Of a stretch of DNA of 32,000 nucleotides, positions 9,610 to 18,643 are shown one piece after another. The notes beneath the pieces were generated by a model. It was not told the origin of the DNA. It saw nothing but the letters and a program-made list of their open reading frames with translations, and did no database searches. The number at the start of each line of letters is the position of its first letter. The first letter of the stretch is position 1. Made by a program: the position numbers and the translations under genes. The stretch lies in NCBI RefSeq assembly GCF_000011805.1, contig NC_006840.2. One strand, given 5' to 3'. The DNA comes from Aliivibrio fischeri ES114. Its GTDB lineage: Bacteria; Pseudomonadota; Gammaproteobacteria; Enterobacterales; Vibrionaceae.

Positions 9610-10222
9610 TGTTAAACGTTATTGGTCATTATTATTGGCATCGTTTGTTATGCTTTTTAGCGTAAATAGCTTTGCATTTAGTGTTGATGACTTGCAGCAG
9701 CAACTCGCAAAATCGACGCTTGTTCGTGGTGATTTTAAACAAGTAAGAACCATGCAGATGTTTGCACAACCATTATCGACATCAGGTACTTTTTTGTTGG
9801 ATCATGAAAAGGGGTTATTGTGGCAACAAACAACGCCTTTTCCGATTGCGTTGACTTTAACGCAGAACAAACTTCGCCAATCCATTAATGGTGACACTCA
9901 AGTCATGACGGATTCAGATAATCCAATGGCGTTTTATTTTACTCGTCTATTTCTATCTCTATTTAAAGGGGATACGGAATCCATTAAAGAAAATTTCACT
10001 CTGCAATTAACGGGTGAAAAAGACGCTTGGACACTCATACTTACTCCAACTAAAGCCCCAATTGACAGCGTATTTAAAACCATAAAAATTGAGGGTAATG
10101 ATTATTTAAATCGAGTGGTATTAAGTGAAGTGCGAGGTGACGTAACTGAAATGGTATTTACTAATCAGTCGACAGAACCTGCGACCTTAACAGAAGAAGA
10201 GTTACGTGTTTTCGAATTCTAA
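9602..10222 (+). CDS. apeL: LolA-like outer-membrane lipoprotein carrier family protein
   Basis: Signal peptide, LVRGDFKQVRTM...FLLDHEKGLLWQQTTPFPIALTLT typical of LolA-like proteins; neighbour of MMPL exporter. Confidence 0.85.
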   Translation: MLNVKRYWSLLLASFVMLFSVNSFAFSVDDLQQQLAKSTLVRGDFKQVRTMQMFAQPLSTSGTFLLDHEKGLLWQQTTPFPIALTLTQNKLRQSINGDTQVMTDSDNPMAFYFTRLFLSLFKGDTESIKENFTLQLTGEKDAWTLILTPTKAPIDSVFKTIKIEGNDYLNRVVLSEVRGDVTEMVFTNQSTEPATLTEEELRVFEF

Positions 10223-12639
10223 TTGGATAAAACCACGAGTTTTAGCTCTGGTTTGGGCATTGGCTCTATTAGGAATCGCAGGGGTATTTGGTTATCAATG
10301 TACAACCAAAGGCGCACTGCCAATAGAAACCAATATCTTGGCGTTATTACCTGATAATCAACAAGATACAGTTGCTCAGCAAAGCGTTTGATAATATTGC
10401 TAATACCATGAGTGATAAAGTGGGTGTTGTAAGTTAGGCCAAAACCCCAAGGTTGGACAAGTTAAAAAACTGGATTTGAAAGCGGGTGGATTCCAGGTTT
10501 AATGGAACAGGAACTTGGTTTGCGTTTACCCCTTATTGGTTTTGACCTCGGGTAAACGGGCAAACGAATTAAGTTCCCTTGAAGCAACAAACAAGGCGGT
10601 GGGGGGACAACTTTTATTTTTCCTGGCTTCGCGCTCAGTTTACTTGAGCAGCAACAAGGCAAAACCCAAACAATTTAGAAACACGCAACCAGAAGCAGCA
10701 AGTTCAAAAGGTATTACACGCACTATACAATCCTTTTTCAGGTGTGACGGGAGGGGAGTTAGAGAACGATCCTTTCTTGTTATTTCGAGATTATTTATCA
10801 GGGTTAACTCAAAGCTCTGGTAATGTTCAAGTAGAGAATGGCTATCTGATTGCCAAGCACGATGATAAAGAATATGTCGTGATCACCGCTGATCTATCAG
10901 GATCATCATACCAACTCTCTTTGCAGCAGCAATTACCTCAACTATTGTCACTTGAAAGCAAAGTATCAAAGACATTTTCGGTTGATATTCAACATACAGG
11001 TGTGATCTTTTATGCAGCCCATGGGACAGAAAGCGCCAAAGGGGAGATCAGCACAATCGGCCTTGGATCCCTTATCGGAATTATTGTCCTTGTCTTTTTA
11101 GTTTATCGCAGCACATTACCTTTGGCTCTAGCATTACTGTCAATATCAACGGGTCTTGCTTGTGCCTATGTACTGACGATTGCTTTATTTGGTTCCATTC
11201 ATTTGTTTAGTTTGGTTTTTGGTGCCAGCTTAATTGGGGTTTCTATTGATTATGCATTTCACTTTTTAACCGACCGACTTCATGCGGGCAAAAAATGGAA
11301 TTCAGTGGTGGGTATTCAGCAACTGTTTCCAGCCATTACCTTGGGGCTAATTACCAGTTTAATTGGTTATTTAGGGATGCTTATTGCGCCTTTTCCCGGG
11401 TTACAGCAATTATCCTTATTCTCCGCCATTGGTTTAACGGCAGCCTATTTTACAGTGGTATGCTGGTATCCAATATTGGCAAGTAAACCAAATCAATATA
11501 ACAAAGTACCGATGCAACGAGCCTTGAGTCAGTGGCTCTTGGTGTGGCAACAACCGCTTATTCGATTAGTTTTACCATTGAGCTTATTGATTGCTGCAAG
11601 TTTTGGTGTCTATATGGCGAAATATGATGATGATATTCGTCAACTTCAAGCTTTGCCACATGCACTGCAGCAGCAAGAGAGAGAGATAAAAGCGATTACC
11701 GGTGTCAGTGGCTCTCAGCAACTATTGCTTGTACGAGACAGCTCTGAAGAAGGGTTACTGCAAAAGTTAGAAACCATATCGACTAAACTGGATAAACGTA
11801 ATGATTTCGGTGGTTATCAATCCATAAGCCGTTATGTACCGTCACAAAAAAGACAACAAGAAAATTACCAATTAGTTAAACACCTGTATCAGCAACAATC
11901 TGAGTATTATCAAAGTGTCATACAGCAAAAAACAGCGCTGGATTTTTCACAGCAATATCAGCCTCTGACTATAGATGGTTTCTTAGCGTCACCAATATCA
12001 GACACAGTGGGTTTTTTATGGTTAGGCAAAATTGATGATGTATTTGCCTCGGTGATCGCGTTTAACCAAGAAGTGAACAGTACGGAACTGCAAGCATTTG
12101 CAGCGGATAATCACATTACTTATTTAAATAAAGCAGAAGAGATTTCTCGTTTATTTGCAGATTATCGACATCGTATTACCGAGCTATTGTTGTTTGCTTA
12201 TGCCGCTATTTTCTTACTGCTGTTACCTCGCTATAAAATGAAACAAGCGTTTTTAATAGTATTGCCACCATTTATAGCAGGTTGCGCCGGTTTAGCTGTA
12301 ACCGTTTTAACTGGCGTACCGTTGAATTTGTTTAACTTACTAGCCTTGATGTTGATTTTAGGGATCGGAATAGACTACACCTTGTTTTTTGCAGAGCAGA
12401 ATAAGCAAAGTGATGATTCACATAAAGAAAGCACGCTATTAGCGATATCTTTATCTGCGTTAACAACGATTTTGTCATTTGGTTTATTGGCTTTGAGTGA
12501 AACCCAAGCGATTCATAGCTTTGGTATTACGGTTCTTACAGGGATTATCGTGGCTTGGTTACTGGCTCCGTTAAGCCAACAAAATAAAGAGAGTAAAGGG
12601 TATATTAATACGCTTTCGGAGAAAAAAGATGCATCATAA
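10206..12639 (+). pseudogene. apeM: MMPL/RND-superfamily exporter, reading frame disrupted between about 10384 and 10700
   Basis: N-terminal fragment 10206-10391 (WVIKPRV-like TM start, ETNILALLPDNQQDTVAQQSV then stop) and C-terminal fragment from 10744 or slightly upstream (LYNPFSGVTGGELENDPFLLF...GLIGIIVLVFLVYRS...GIGIDYTLFF) are collinear parts of one exporter in different frames. Confidence 0.8.
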
Positions 12640-13255
12640 GGCCATAAAAGTCCGCCACCTTATAGCGCTTGTTCTATCCTTTCTTTTGATGGGATGTGCA
12701 GCAAAACCGGTAAAGCAACCCAACCAAGTAGAAGTATCACAAGGTCAGTTTATTACCTTACCTCAGCCTGAAGAGTATGGCAGTGACTTATCACTTAGTC
12801 AGTTAATCTCAGTTGAATGGCAAGGAAAAAAGAATCAACTTCCTGTTCAACTGCAACTGACAGGTAATGACTTGGTATTAGCTGGCTTTGCCTCATGGGG
12901 TTCTCGTTTATTAAGCTTAGATTATGATGGTCAAACATTAGATACTTACGTAATGGCAGGGCTAAGTGACACGCTACCACCGCCAGAGCAAGTGCTATTT
13001 AATGTCATGATTACCTTGTGGCCACTTGAAGCATGGCAAGAAAGTTTAACTAGCATTGGCTGGCAACTAAACGAACATGACAATCATAGAACATTAGTGA
13101 CTGAATCAGGAAAAACAATCCTTGATGCTCGTTATGATGACATCACAGACAAATTAAGTGGTGAAATTGTGTTAACCAGTCCAGATTTTGGTTATGTCAT
13201 AAAAATTAAAACGTTCTCGCATTCAAATACAACAACTCAAAATAATAACGGATAA
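12629..13255 (+). CDS. apeN: DUF3261-type lipoprotein of APE cluster
   Basis: Lipobox LLMGCAAK; LVLAGFASWGSRLLSLDYDGQTLDTY and downstream of the exporter, as in APE clusters. Confidence 0.78.
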   Translation: MHHKAIKVRHLIALVLSFLLMGCAAKPVKQPNQVEVSQGQFITLPQPEEYGSDLSLSQLISVEWQGKKNQLPVQLQLTGNDLVLAGFASWGSRLLSLDYDGQTLDTYVMAGLSDTLPPPEQVLFNVMITLWPLEAWQESLTSIGWQLNEHDNHRTLVTESGKTILDARYDDITDKLSGEIVLTSPDFGYVIKIKTFSHSNTTTQNNNG

Positions 13256-13260
13256 ATTAA

Positions 13261-14448
13261 ATGAGTGACTTTCCTTTATATATACATGCGTGTGGCTCAC
13301 ATTCAGCCATGGGTAAAGAGGTTGATGAAATCCATCAAGTATTGAGTGGAAATAAAGCGCCATCAATGCATAAAGAGACAGGTTGGCTCAATAATGGAAA
13401 GGCAACAGTCGTTGGTAAAGCATTAGGTGAGTTACCTTTAGTTCCTGAGCATTTGGCTCATTGGGATACCAGAAATAATCAGCTTGTTTTGTCCGCTTTA
13501 CAGCAAATCGAACCTCAAATTAACGCCGCAAAAGAGAAATACGGTTCAGATCGTATTGCTGTTATTGTTGGTACGAGTACTTCAGGGATCTCGGATGGTG
13601 AAGTCGCTTTAAAAGAGAAGATGGAGCAAGGGGCTTTTCCTGCTGGTTATAGCTATAAACAACAAGAGTTAGGAAACCCCGCGGATTTTATTGCTCAATA
13701 TCTTGATATCAATGGACCAACGTATGCGATCTCAACCGCTTGTTCCTCAAGTGGTCGTGTTTTCTTATCAGCAAAGCGTTTATTAAAAGCAGGGTTTGTT
13801 GATGCGGTTATCGTTGGCGGTACTGACAGTTTATGCCGTTTAACATTAAATGGTTTCAACAGCCTAGAAGCACTATCAAATGAGTATTGTCTGCCGTTTA
13901 GTCCCAATCGAAAAGGGATAAACATTGGTGAAGCTAGCGCATATATGTTGTTAAGTGCAGAGCAAAAAGATTCTGATGATCCTATTGCTTTATTAGGAGC
14001 TGGAGATAGCTCAGATGCTCACCATATATCGGCCCCGCACCCTGAAGGAAAAGGGGCAATTGAAGCGATGAATAAAGCGCTAACAGATGCTGGTTTGGAA
14101 CCTAAAGACATTGGTTATATTAATGCGCATGGAACCGCCACACCGCTGAATGATGCCATGGAATCTAAAGCCGTTCATGCGGTGTTTGGTCATTCAGTAC
14201 CGGTGAGCTCAACAAAACCATTCACTGGGCACACATTAGGTGCCGCAGGTATCATTGAAGCAAGCATTTGTTGGCATATTTTAAAGTATAATTTACCGCT
14301 ACCTAAGCAGATTAATGACGGACAGCAAGATGATGCACTGGCTGATATTCAGCTTGTGGTCGATCAACCACTAAGAAAAAAAGCCGTTATTAGTAATTCA
14401 TTTGCCTTTGGCGGTAATAACATCAGTTTAATTTTTGGATGTATTTGA
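13261..14448 (+). CDS. apeO: Beta-ketoacyl-ACP synthase
   Basis: KS motifs ISTACSSSGRVFLSAKRL (active Cys), NAHGTATPLND, KPFTGHTLGAAG, NSFAFGGNN. Confidence 0.92.
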   Translation: MSDFPLYIHACGSHSAMGKEVDEIHQVLSGNKAPSMHKETGWLNNGKATVVGKALGELPLVPEHLAHWDTRNNQLVLSALQQIEPQINAAKEKYGSDRIAVIVGTSTSGISDGEVALKEKMEQGAFPAGYSYKQQELGNPADFIAQYLDINGPTYAISTACSSSGRVFLSAKRLLKAGFVDAVIVGGTDSLCRLTLNGFNSLEALSNEYCLPFSPNRKGINIGEASAYMLLSAEQKDSDDPIALLGAGDSSDAHHISAPHPEGKGAIEAMNKALTDAGLEPKDIGYINAHGTATPLNDAMESKAVHAVFGHSVPVSSTKPFTGHTLGAAGIIEASICWHILKYNLPLPKQINDGQQDDALADIQLVVDQPLRKKAVISNSFAFGGNNISLIFGCI

Positions 14449-14909
14449 TGAGTAGTATTCCTCCTTTAATCGACCTTTTACCCCATGATACACCTTTAGC
14501 TCTTGTTGATGAGTTGATTGAGGTAAATGACTTATCGGTTCATTGTCAGGTGACAATCGGTGAGAATAATGTCTTTTTTGATCATGAGACGAAAACCGTT
14601 CCCGCTTGGGTTGGTATTGAGTTCATGGCGCAAAGTATTGCTGGTTGGTCTGGCTATCATGCGTGGAAAAAAGGCAATAAGTCACCAATAGGCTTTTTAC
14701 TTGGTAGCCGTAAATACCAAGCTGAGTGCAGCGAGTTTCAACAAGGCGACACACTCGACATTTTTGCAGAGCAAGTGTTAGAGAATAATGGCATGGCCGT
14801 ATTCAGTTGTTATATTGAACATAAAGGACAACAGTTGGCATCGAGCCAATTAAACGTGTTCGTGCCAACAGAAGAAAAATTAGAAGAGCTCTTAACGCCA
14901 AAGCAGTAA
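14448..14909 (+). CDS. apeP: Hotdog-fold 3-hydroxyacyl-ACP dehydratase
   Basis: DLLPHDTPLALVDELIEVN...VPAWVGIEFMAQSIAGWSGYHA; MSSIPPL start at 14448 overlaps apeO stop (track starts at 14439). Confidence 0.85.
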   Translation: MSSIPPLIDLLPHDTPLALVDELIEVNDLSVHCQVTIGENNVFFDHETKTVPAWVGIEFMAQSIAGWSGYHAWKKGNKSPIGFLLGSRKYQAECSEFQQGDTLDIFAEQVLENNGMAVFSCYIEHKGQQLASSQLNVFVPTEEKLEELLTPKQ

Positions 14910-14928
14910 CGCAGTAGTAGAGGACAAC

Positions 14929-15654
14929 ATGAAAAGACAAGTATTAGTGACAGGCGCCAGTAAAGGCATTGGTCGCGCAATTTCAGAGCAACTAGCAAAG
15001 GATGGCTTTTATATTGTTGTTCATTATATGAGTGATAAAGCTGGCGCAGAGACAACGTTAGCAGCAATTCAAGAGCACGGTGGTGAAGGGCGCTTAATTC
15101 AGTTCGATATTAGTGACCGTGCACAATGTAAAGCGACACTTGAGAGTGATATCGAAACTCATGGTGCATATTATGGTGTGGTAAGTAATGCTGGCATTAC
15201 TCGTGATACCGCTTTCCCTGCAATGACAGAAGAAGAGTGGGATGGCGTAATTCATACCAATTTAGACAGTTTTTATAATGTACTTCATCCTTGTGTTATG
15301 CCGATGGTTCAAAAGCGAAAAGGCGGTCGAATTGTGACGCTTGCATCGGTGTCAGGCATCATGGGTAACCGTGGTCAAACGAACTACAGCGCAGCAAAAG
15401 CTGGCGTTATTGGTGCAACTAAATCTCTTGCGTTAGAGCTAGCAAAACGAAAAATCACAGTAAACTGTGTTGCACCTGGCTTAATTGATACAGGCATGGT
15501 TGATGAGCATGTGAAAGAGCATGCATTGCCACAAGTACCACTTCGAAGAATGGGTGAACCAGAAGAAGTAGCCGGTTTAGTAAGTTACTTAATGTCAGAT
15601 GTTGCGGGTTATGTGACTCGCCAAGTTATTTCAATTAATGGTGGTTTAGTATGA
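14929..15654 (+). CDS. apeQ: FabG-like 3-ketoacyl-ACP reductase (SDR)
   Basis: VTGASKGIGRAI, NAGITRDTAF, YSAAKAGVIGATKSLA, CVAPGLIDTGM. Confidence 0.92.
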   Translation: MKRQVLVTGASKGIGRAISEQLAKDGFYIVVHYMSDKAGAETTLAAIQEHGGEGRLIQFDISDRAQCKATLESDIETHGAYYGVVSNAGITRDTAFPAMTEEEWDGVIHTNLDSFYNVLHPCVMPMVQKRKGGRIVTLASVSGIMGNRGQTNYSAAKAGVIGATKSLALELAKRKITVNCVAPGLIDTGMVDEHVKEHALPQVPLRRMGEPEEVAGLVSYLMSDVAGYVTRQVISINGGLV

Positions 15655-16886
15655 GTCGTCGTGTAGTCGTAACCGGAATGTCTGGTGTTACCGCTTTAGG
15701 TAGTGATTGGAACACCGTAGGCGAAAACCTACGTAAGTGTGAAAATGCCACTCAATATATGCCAAGCTTTGAAGTCTACGATGGTCTTAATACTAAGCTA
15801 GCAGCCCCTATTAATGATTTCACATTACCAAAGCACTATACCCGTAAAAAAATTCGTTCTATGGGACGTGTTTCTTTGTTATCTACCGTTGCTTCAGAGC
15901 AAGCCTTAGAGCAAAGTGGCCTTATTGGAAATGACATCTTAACCAATGGCCAAACAGGTATTGCCTTTGGTTCCTCAACCGGTTCTACCGATGCCGTTGG
16001 TGCTTTTGGTGTGATGCTTAATGAGAAATCAACTCGTGCTATTACGGCAACAACCTATGTGCAAATGATGCCACATACCGCAGCGGTTAACGTTGGTTTA
16101 TTCTTTGGTTTACGTGGCCGAGTTATTCCAACAAGCAGCGCATGTACTTCAGGCAGCCAAGCGATTGGTTATGCTTATGAAGCGATTAAACACGGTTATC
16201 AAACGGCAATGGTTGCTGGTGGCGCAGAAGAATTATGCCCAACAGAATCAGCAGTATTTGATACATTATTCGCAACAAGTTTAAAAAACGATGCGCCAAA
16301 AACATCCCCAAGCCCATATGACCAAGATCGCGATGGTCTTGTTATTGGTGAAGGTGCTGGTGCTTTAGTTCTTGAAGAGTATGAACATGCTAAAGCTCGT
16401 GGCGCAACGATTTACGCAGAGCTAGTTGGTTTTGCAAGTAACTGTGATGCTGCCCATGTAACACAACCACAAATGGAAACCATGCAAATGTGTATGGAAA
16501 TGTCGTTAAGGGATGCCAACTTAGCGCCAGAGAAAATTGGTTATGTTTCAGCGCATGGTACCGCAACAGAACGTGGTGATATAGCAGAAAGTACAGCAAC
16601 AGAGAACGTATTTGGCTCATCAATGCCAATCAGTTCATTGAAGTCTTATTTTGGTCATACATTAGGTGCATGTGGTGCGATTGAAGCGTGGTTATCCATT
16701 GAGATGATGCGTAACAATTGGTTTAGCCCAACATTGAACTTAAATAATGTAGATGAGCGTTGCGGTAAGTTAGATTACATTACAGGTACAGGTCGTGAAA
16801 TTGAGTGTGATTACATCATGAGTAACAACTTTGCTTTTGGTGGTATTAATACATCACTTATCTTTAAGCGCTGGACTGAAGAGTAG
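15651..16886 (+). CDS. apeR: Beta-ketoacyl-ACP synthase
   Basis: IPTSSACTSGSQAIGYAYEAI active site Cys, SAHGTATERGD, GHTLGACGA, NNFAFGGIN; ATGA overlap with preceding gene. Confidence 0.92.
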   Translation: MSRRVVVTGMSGVTALGSDWNTVGENLRKCENATQYMPSFEVYDGLNTKLAAPINDFTLPKHYTRKKIRSMGRVSLLSTVASEQALEQSGLIGNDILTNGQTGIAFGSSTGSTDAVGAFGVMLNEKSTRAITATTYVQMMPHTAAVNVGLFFGLRGRVIPTSSACTSGSQAIGYAYEAIKHGYQTAMVAGGAEELCPTESAVFDTLFATSLKNDAPKTSPSPYDQDRDGLVIGEGAGALVLEEYEHAKARGATIYAELVGFASNCDAAHVTQPQMETMQMCMEMSLRDANLAPEKIGYVSAHGTATERGDIAESTATENVFGSSMPISSLKSYFGHTLGACGAIEAWLSIEMMRNNWFSPTLNLNNVDERCGKLDYITGTGREIECDYIMSNNFAFGGINTSLIFKRWTEE

Positions 16887-16910
16887 CGCTGTCTAAATAA
16901 CAAATAATAA

Positions 16911-16941
16911 AAAACCGGTGAAGAAATTCACCGGTTTTTTT
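16911..16941. terminator. Bidirectional intrinsic terminator between the APE operon and the META-domain gene
   Basis: AAAACCGGTGAA (16911-16922) - GAAA - TTCACCGGTTTT (16927-16938), perfect 12-bp stem with flanking A and T tracts. Confidence 0.88.
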
Positions 16942-16965
16942 GTGTCTTTAAAAAGCAAAGCTAAA

Positions 16966-17409
16966 TTAGTTTACCCAGTCACGTAGTGTGAAAGTTAGCT
17001 CGTGCTCTTGGCCTTTAAGGATAAGACCTTCTTTAGTTAGTGTAATGTCACTCCAAGTAGATAGAGTGCTAGACACAGCTTGTTCTGTTGTCATCACATC
17101 ACCCATACACATTTTCATTGTCATTCCCATTTTCTCAATGCGGAATTGACCTTCTTCATTTAGCTCAGCTTGGCCAAAGAAGTTGTTACAGCCTGCATTA
17201 CCATTTGCTGTCATCTTTTCGCCGATTTCAAGACGTGGAGCTTCCATTTCTTCTGGAGTAGCGATGTCTTTACCATCAACTTGAGTTAACTGCCAGTTGT
17301 GGTGTTGAAGCATGTCTGCAGAGATTTGTGCGTCAGTGTTGTTATCACCATTGCTTGCACAAGCAGCCATTAATACAGGAAGAGATACAGCAACTAATAA
17401 TTTTTTCAT
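16966..17409 (-). CDS. META domain (HslJ-like) lipoprotein
   Basis: Lipobox LMAACAS; HNWQLTQVDGK, NGNAGCNNFFGQAEL, MTMKMCMGDVMTTEQ are HslJ/META signatures. Confidence 0.85.
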   Translation of the reverse strand: MKKLLVAVSLPVLMAACASNGDNNTDAQISADMLQHHNWQLTQVDGKDIATPEEMEAPRLEIGEKMTANGNAGCNNFFGQAELNEEGQFRIEKMGMTMKMCMGDVMTTEQAVSSTLSTWSDITLTKEGLILKGQEHELTFTLRDWVN

Positions 17410-17625
17410 TTTAACTCCTAGAGAGATTTATTAGGAACTACCTAATATTCAATTCATTTTAGTATAAAAATTTAAAAATGCCTAATGTCAAATGTACGTA
17501 AAAAACGGTGTTCAATTAGTTTGTGTTTTAAAAATAAGAATAGGATATGAACAGGATTTAAGTCATGCTTGGGATGAATGAGTAGGGTAAAAAAAGAAAG
17601 GAAAAAACAAAGTACCAGATAGATT

Positions 17626-17656
17626 AAAGCCCCGATACTGGTAATATCAGGGCTTT
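17626..17656 (-). terminator. Hairpin downstream of rplY
   Basis: AAAGCCCCGATA - CTGGTAA - TATCAGGGCTTT; a 12-bp stem with one mismatch that is a G-U wobble on the minus-strand RNA. No strong T tract, so function as an intrinsic terminator is uncertain. Confidence 0.4.
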
Positions 17657-17724
17657 AAAGGGTTTGTTATTTCAATTGGTAAGAAAGAAATAGCAATAAT
17701 GCAAAAGAGTAAAACAGACTCGAA

Positions 17725-18003
17725 TTAGATGCGGATGAAGTCCATGTGCTCAACTTTAGGCTTAAACGCGTGACGTTGAACGTCTTGCGGTTTAACCTTA
17801 ACAGCAGCGCCATCGATTACTAGCTCAATTGCTTCGTAAAATGCTGGCTTGTCCATTTGGTTGATCACTGCGTCATGGTCTAGTGCGATAGAAACTGGCG
17901 CTTCTGTGCCACCATAAACGATTGCTGGGAATTTACCAGCGTGACGAAGGCGGCGGCTCGCACCCTTACCTTGTTCAGTACGTACTACTGCTTCAAATTT
18001 CAT
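17725..18003 (-). CDS. rplY: 50S ribosomal protein L25
   Basis: [32 protein letters not shown]...; start at 18003 (MKFEAV) is preferred over track start 18018; synteny with radD. Confidence 0.95.
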   Translation of the reverse strand: MKFEAVVRTEQGKGASRRLRHAGKFPAIVYGGTEAPVSIALDHDAVINQMDKPAFYEAIELVIDGAAVKVKPQDVQRHAFKPKVEHMDFIRI

Positions 18004-18039
18004 AGTCTTTACTCTCAAATAGTAAAATAAATAAATGCC

Positions 18040-18086
18040 GTTAAGCTTAGCGACCTAACTTAACAGACTTTTCGTTTCGAAAAACG
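18040..18086 (-). promoter_or_regulatory. Structured rplY 5-prime leader (candidate L25 autoregulatory leader)
   Basis: Minus-strand RNA: CGUUU-UUCG-AAACG hairpin (18086-18073) and GUUAAGUUAG-GUCG-CUAAGCUUAAC (18064-18040), a 10-bp stem with one bulge. Confidence 0.45.
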
Positions 18087-18093
18087 AGCGCGG

Positions 18094-18122
18094 ATAATAG
18101 CATTCACTTGGTTAACTCACAA
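18094..18122 (-). promoter_or_regulatory. Candidate sigma70 promoter for rplY
   Basis: On the minus strand TTGTGA (18122-18117), 17-nt spacer, TATTAT (18099-18094); implies a roughly 84-nt leader. Confidence 0.6.
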
Positions 18123-18148
18123 CCTATTTTCGTGAATTTACTAAGAGA

Positions 18149-18186
18149 ATTTGCTAATCTGGCTTTTAAAAGCCAGATTAGCAAAT
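18149..18186. repeat. Perfect 38-nt palindrome (19-bp arms, no spacer)
   Basis: ATTTGCTAATCTGGCTTTT|AAAAGCCAGATTAGCAAAT, directly readable. Confidence 0.95.
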
Positions 18187-18200
18187 CAAATGGAGTTGAT

Positions 18201-18626
18201 ATGAAAAAAATAGCGATATTAGGCCTATTTTCTTGTTCTTTAATGGCCAATGACTTTTCAAGTGAAATTGAACAACGACAAGATAACTTTCAGCACTTAG
18301 ACGCCACTGCCGACCAATTGGATGACGCGTTTGATAATGAAGTCGTTGAATGGGACAAGATTATACCATTAGCCAAAAGTGCATACTTAACGGTACAAGA
18401 GCAAAAAACACTGTTTCCAGAAGGCAGTGCGGATAACAGCAGAGCAAGAACAAAAATTTGGCAACAAAAGCCAGAGTTTGAAGAGAAGTTCACCGTACTT
18501 GCAGAGCAGTTTCAATTATTAGAGAAAGCAGCGAAAAATAAAGATGAACAAGCAGCAAGAGAAGCACTCAGTGGTGCTTATTCTCAATGCCGTTCATGTC
18601 ATATGAGTTATCGTTCTCTATGGTAA
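18201..18626 (+). CDS. Cytochrome c-type protein (c-prime-like), periplasmic
   Basis: Signal peptide MKKIAILGLFSCSLMA; single C-terminal haem motif QCRSCHMSYRSLW. Start at 18201 is preferred over track start 18108. Confidence 0.75.
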   Translation: MKKIAILGLFSCSLMANDFSSEIEQRQDNFQHLDATADQLDDAFDNEVVEWDKIIPLAKSAYLTVQEQKTLFPEGSADNSRARTKIWQQKPEFEEKFTVLAEQFQLLEKAAKNKDEQAAREALSGAYSQCRSCHMSYRSLW

Positions 18627-18643
18627 TCGTGTTTTAACAACCG

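Noticed and set aside
10462-10823. ORFs 10462-10662 (-) and 10515-10823 (+) in the exporter gap, which might suggest an inserted gene
   Set aside because: No recognisable domain, signal or start; collinear exporter-like fragments are visible through the same interval in changing frames, so these are likely by-products of the frame damage.
12795-16629. Short ORFs inside apeN, apeO, apeP and apeR (12795-12980, 13695-13925, 14810-15067, 16093-16284, 16390-16629)
   Set aside because: Overlapped entirely by conserved APE genes or their junctions; compositionally biased antisense or off-frame readings.
18149-18186. Interpretation of the 38-nt palindrome as an ordinary rho-independent terminator
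   Set aside because: There is no upstream plus-strand gene, no T tract after either arm, and it lies upstream of the rplY promoter on the minus strand.
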